From IMG/VR virus record IMGVR_UViG_3300028833_000053: DNA of 64,000 nucleotides; one strand, written 5' to 3'. A program made the position numbers and the translations under genes. Under the pieces are notes generated by a model. The model did no database searches. It had not been told where the DNA came from and worked only from the letters and a program-made list of their open reading frames with translations. Source of the stretch: a virus (Duplodnaviria > Caudoviricetes). This document shows positions 62,127-64,000 of the stretch, piece after piece; the first letter of the stretch is position 1; the number at the start of each line of letters is the position of its first letter.

Positions 62127-63554
62127 ATGACATATTTGGAACAACACAGAGACGAGATATTCAAGAAGTACGACAAGGAAACCTTGCTACGGGACGTTTG
62201 GAACTACAAGAACGGCAAGGGAAGGTTGACGAAGTTCATCAACCAGTTCTTTGAGGAGTGCATATTCAACTGCAAGGACAACCGATGCAAGTTGACGCCG
62301 ATGGAGGCTTTGCAGAACGATGAGGTGATGGCGAAAATCATTGGCGCGTTTGCGAAGAACCCAAAGCTCTACTATGGGACGGAAGTTGCGAACGTGAAGA
62401 AGTCGTTGTCTGTTTCAGGAATCGGTGCAAGGAAAGTTGCGAACTTCTGCCCAAGGAACGCAAGGACAATCTACAATAAATACTTTGACGATATACGTGG
62501 ATTGAACATCCTTGACACTTCAAGCGGCTTTGGAAGCAGAATGCTCGCCGCCACGTTGAATGGCGCAAACTACTTTGGATTCGATCCCAATCCCGAACTT
62601 CACGAAAAGTTGAAGGAGTGTTACAGCTTCTTGGTGGAGAACAAGGAAGTGCCAGAGGGTCAGGTGTGCAAGTTGTATTGCAAGGGAAGCGAGGAACATG
62701 TTCCCGAACTTGACGGCAAGATGGACTTGTCCTTCACCAGCCCCCCGTATTTCAACCATGAGACCTATGCTTCTGATTCCGGAACTTCCACAACCAACTA
62801 CAACAACTATGATGGTTGGCTGTATGAATTCGTTGTTCCAACATTGTTGAACACCTACAAGTACCTCAAGATTGGGGGACTTGCGATGATCAACATCAAG
62901 AACATGGTGTCAAGGGGAAAGAAGCCGCTTTACGATGACTTCATGCGCGTGTTCCAGATGATAGAGGGATTCGAGTACGTTGAAACCTTCACGATGGAAC
63001 ATCAGCACAAGAGGACGCTCAAAGAGGGCATGAACTACGTTGGATTCCAGGAACCAGTGATGGTTTACAAGAAGGTTGCTGAGTGCGAGAACGATCCCAA
63101 CAAGATTGTGGAAATGTTGAAGTCTGGCATACAAGGCGTTGTGCGAATGAAGAAAGAGGATACGCCAAAGGAGCTTCACGTTGTCTCAGTTTGGCGGGAG
63201 GATGCAACCCCAGCGCCCCAGCCAAAGGTTGAAGTTGTGGAAACACCCGTAGAAGTGAAGGAAAATGAGCCACCCAAGCCAAAATATGAAATTATCGTGG
63301 ATTCCCTTGACAACATAGACCCAAGGGCGTTTGCGAAGTTGATGCTTGAATTGAAGGACAAGGTGGATTTGTCAATAGTTCATGGGGACAATTCCACGGA
63401 TGACGTTGTGGTGAAGCTGTGCAATGGACTTGGATTCAAGTTGAAGGAGCTTTACAATTCCGACGAAAAACTCTATACTGAATATGTAGGAAAGAAGAAA
63501 CTGGTGAGTTGCCAAGCTGGGCAGAAGCCGGTGTTTGAAGTCATAGAGGTATAA
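62127..63554 (+). CDS. DNA amino-methyltransferase with an extra C-terminal domain
   Basis: ILDTSSGFGSRM, GFDPN, FTSPPYF; C-terminal domain shared with the GNAT. Confidence 0.88.
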   Translation: MTYLEQHRDEIFKKYDKETLLRDVWNYKNGKGRLTKFINQFFEECIFNCKDNRCKLTPMEALQNDEVMAKIIGAFAKNPKLYYGTEVANVKKSLSVSGIGARKVANFCPRNARTIYNKYFDDIRGLNILDTSSGFGSRMLAATLNGANYFGFDPNPELHEKLKECYSFLVENKEVPEGQVCKLYCKGSEEHVPELDGKMDLSFTSPPYFNHETYASDSGTSTTNYNNYDGWLYEFVVPTLLNTYKYLKIGGLAMINIKNMVSRGKKPLYDDFMRVFQMIEGFEYVETFTMEHQHKRTLKEGMNYVGFQEPVMVYKKVAECENDPNKIVEMLKSGIQGVVRMKKEDTPKELHVVSVWREDATPAPQPKVEVVETPVEVKENEPPKPKYEIIVDSLDNIDPRAFAKLMLELKDKVDLSIVHGDNSTDDVVVKLCNGLGFKLKELYNSDEKLYTEYVGKKKLVSCQAGQKPVFEVIEV

Positions 63555-63555
63555 G

Positions 63556-64000
63556 ATGGAGTCTAACGTAGAAGGTAGCAACTTTGGTGAGAAGTCAACG
63601 TTTGTGGACTTGCCCGAGAACGACATTGGAAGTTCCGATCAGTTCATTGGAAACTTCCTTGCCGAGCCCGGTGATTTGTCCAACATCGTCAAGAGCAAGA
63701 TTTGGGTGACGTCCGACACCCATTTCCACCACAGGAACATTCTCATCTACGAGGCCGCTTCCCGTCCTTGGTCGGACCGTGACCAAATGGACAGAGCCAT
63801 GATTCAGCGTTGGAACGAGAGGGTTGGACCGAATGACGTTGTTTTCCATCTTGGGGACTTTTCGTTCGGGTCAAAGGGACGTGTGCGTGACATCGTGTCG
63901 AAATTGAAAGGAAAGATTTTCCTTCTTCTTGGAAACCATGACAGGGAGCAATGGGATTGGAATTGGCTTGACCTTGGCTTTGACCGTGTGTTCAAGCATC
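63556..64000 (+). CDS. Calcineurin-like metallophosphoesterase (3'-truncated)
   Basis: SDTHF.H, HLGDF, GNHD. Confidence 0.88.
   Translation, partial: MESNVEGSNFGEKSTFVDLPENDIGSSDQFIGNFLAEPGDLSNIVKSKIWVTSDTHFHHRNILIYEAASRPWSDRDQMDRAMIQRWNERVGPNDVVFHLGDFSFGSKGRVRDIVSKLKGKIFLLLGNHDREQWDWNWLDLGFDRVFKH

Overview
This window is part of a large tailed-phage genome (jumbo, T4-like gene content). It encodes a split type II topoisomerase, a clamp loader, a sigma-70 factor, MetK, four DNA methyltransferases, Pth2 and large virion-like proteins. The phage reassigns TAG to a sense codon, most likely Gln (code 15). I counted 45 in-frame TAGs in 8 genes; reading through them joins the fragmented ORF track into full genes (e.g. 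3547-14304, 3585 aa; 40155-46598, 2147 aa). Every complete gene I checked ends in TAA or TGA. An amber-suppressor tRNA (anticodon CUA, long variable region) lies at 46692-46781. Recoded genes mostly follow a GTAAATA late-promoter-like motif, while TAG-free genes mostly follow near-consensus sigma-70 promoters. Other highlights: (1) a -1 frameshift signal fusing an ABC-type ATPase to a GNAT acetyltransferase, whose C-terminal domain is shared with a DNA methyltransferase; (2) a TAG-rich endonuclease-like element inserted into pth2, preceded by a structured RNA whose two loops are complementary to the gene's leader and start codon; (3) an Arg-rich protein punctuated by possible prohead-protease sites; (4) a TAG-gated acidic tail; (5) a stand-alone tail-sheath C-terminal domain; (6) a PEP-CTERM gene, indicating a Gram-negative host, possibly PVC group. 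All family calls are from motif recognition by eye, without database searches.
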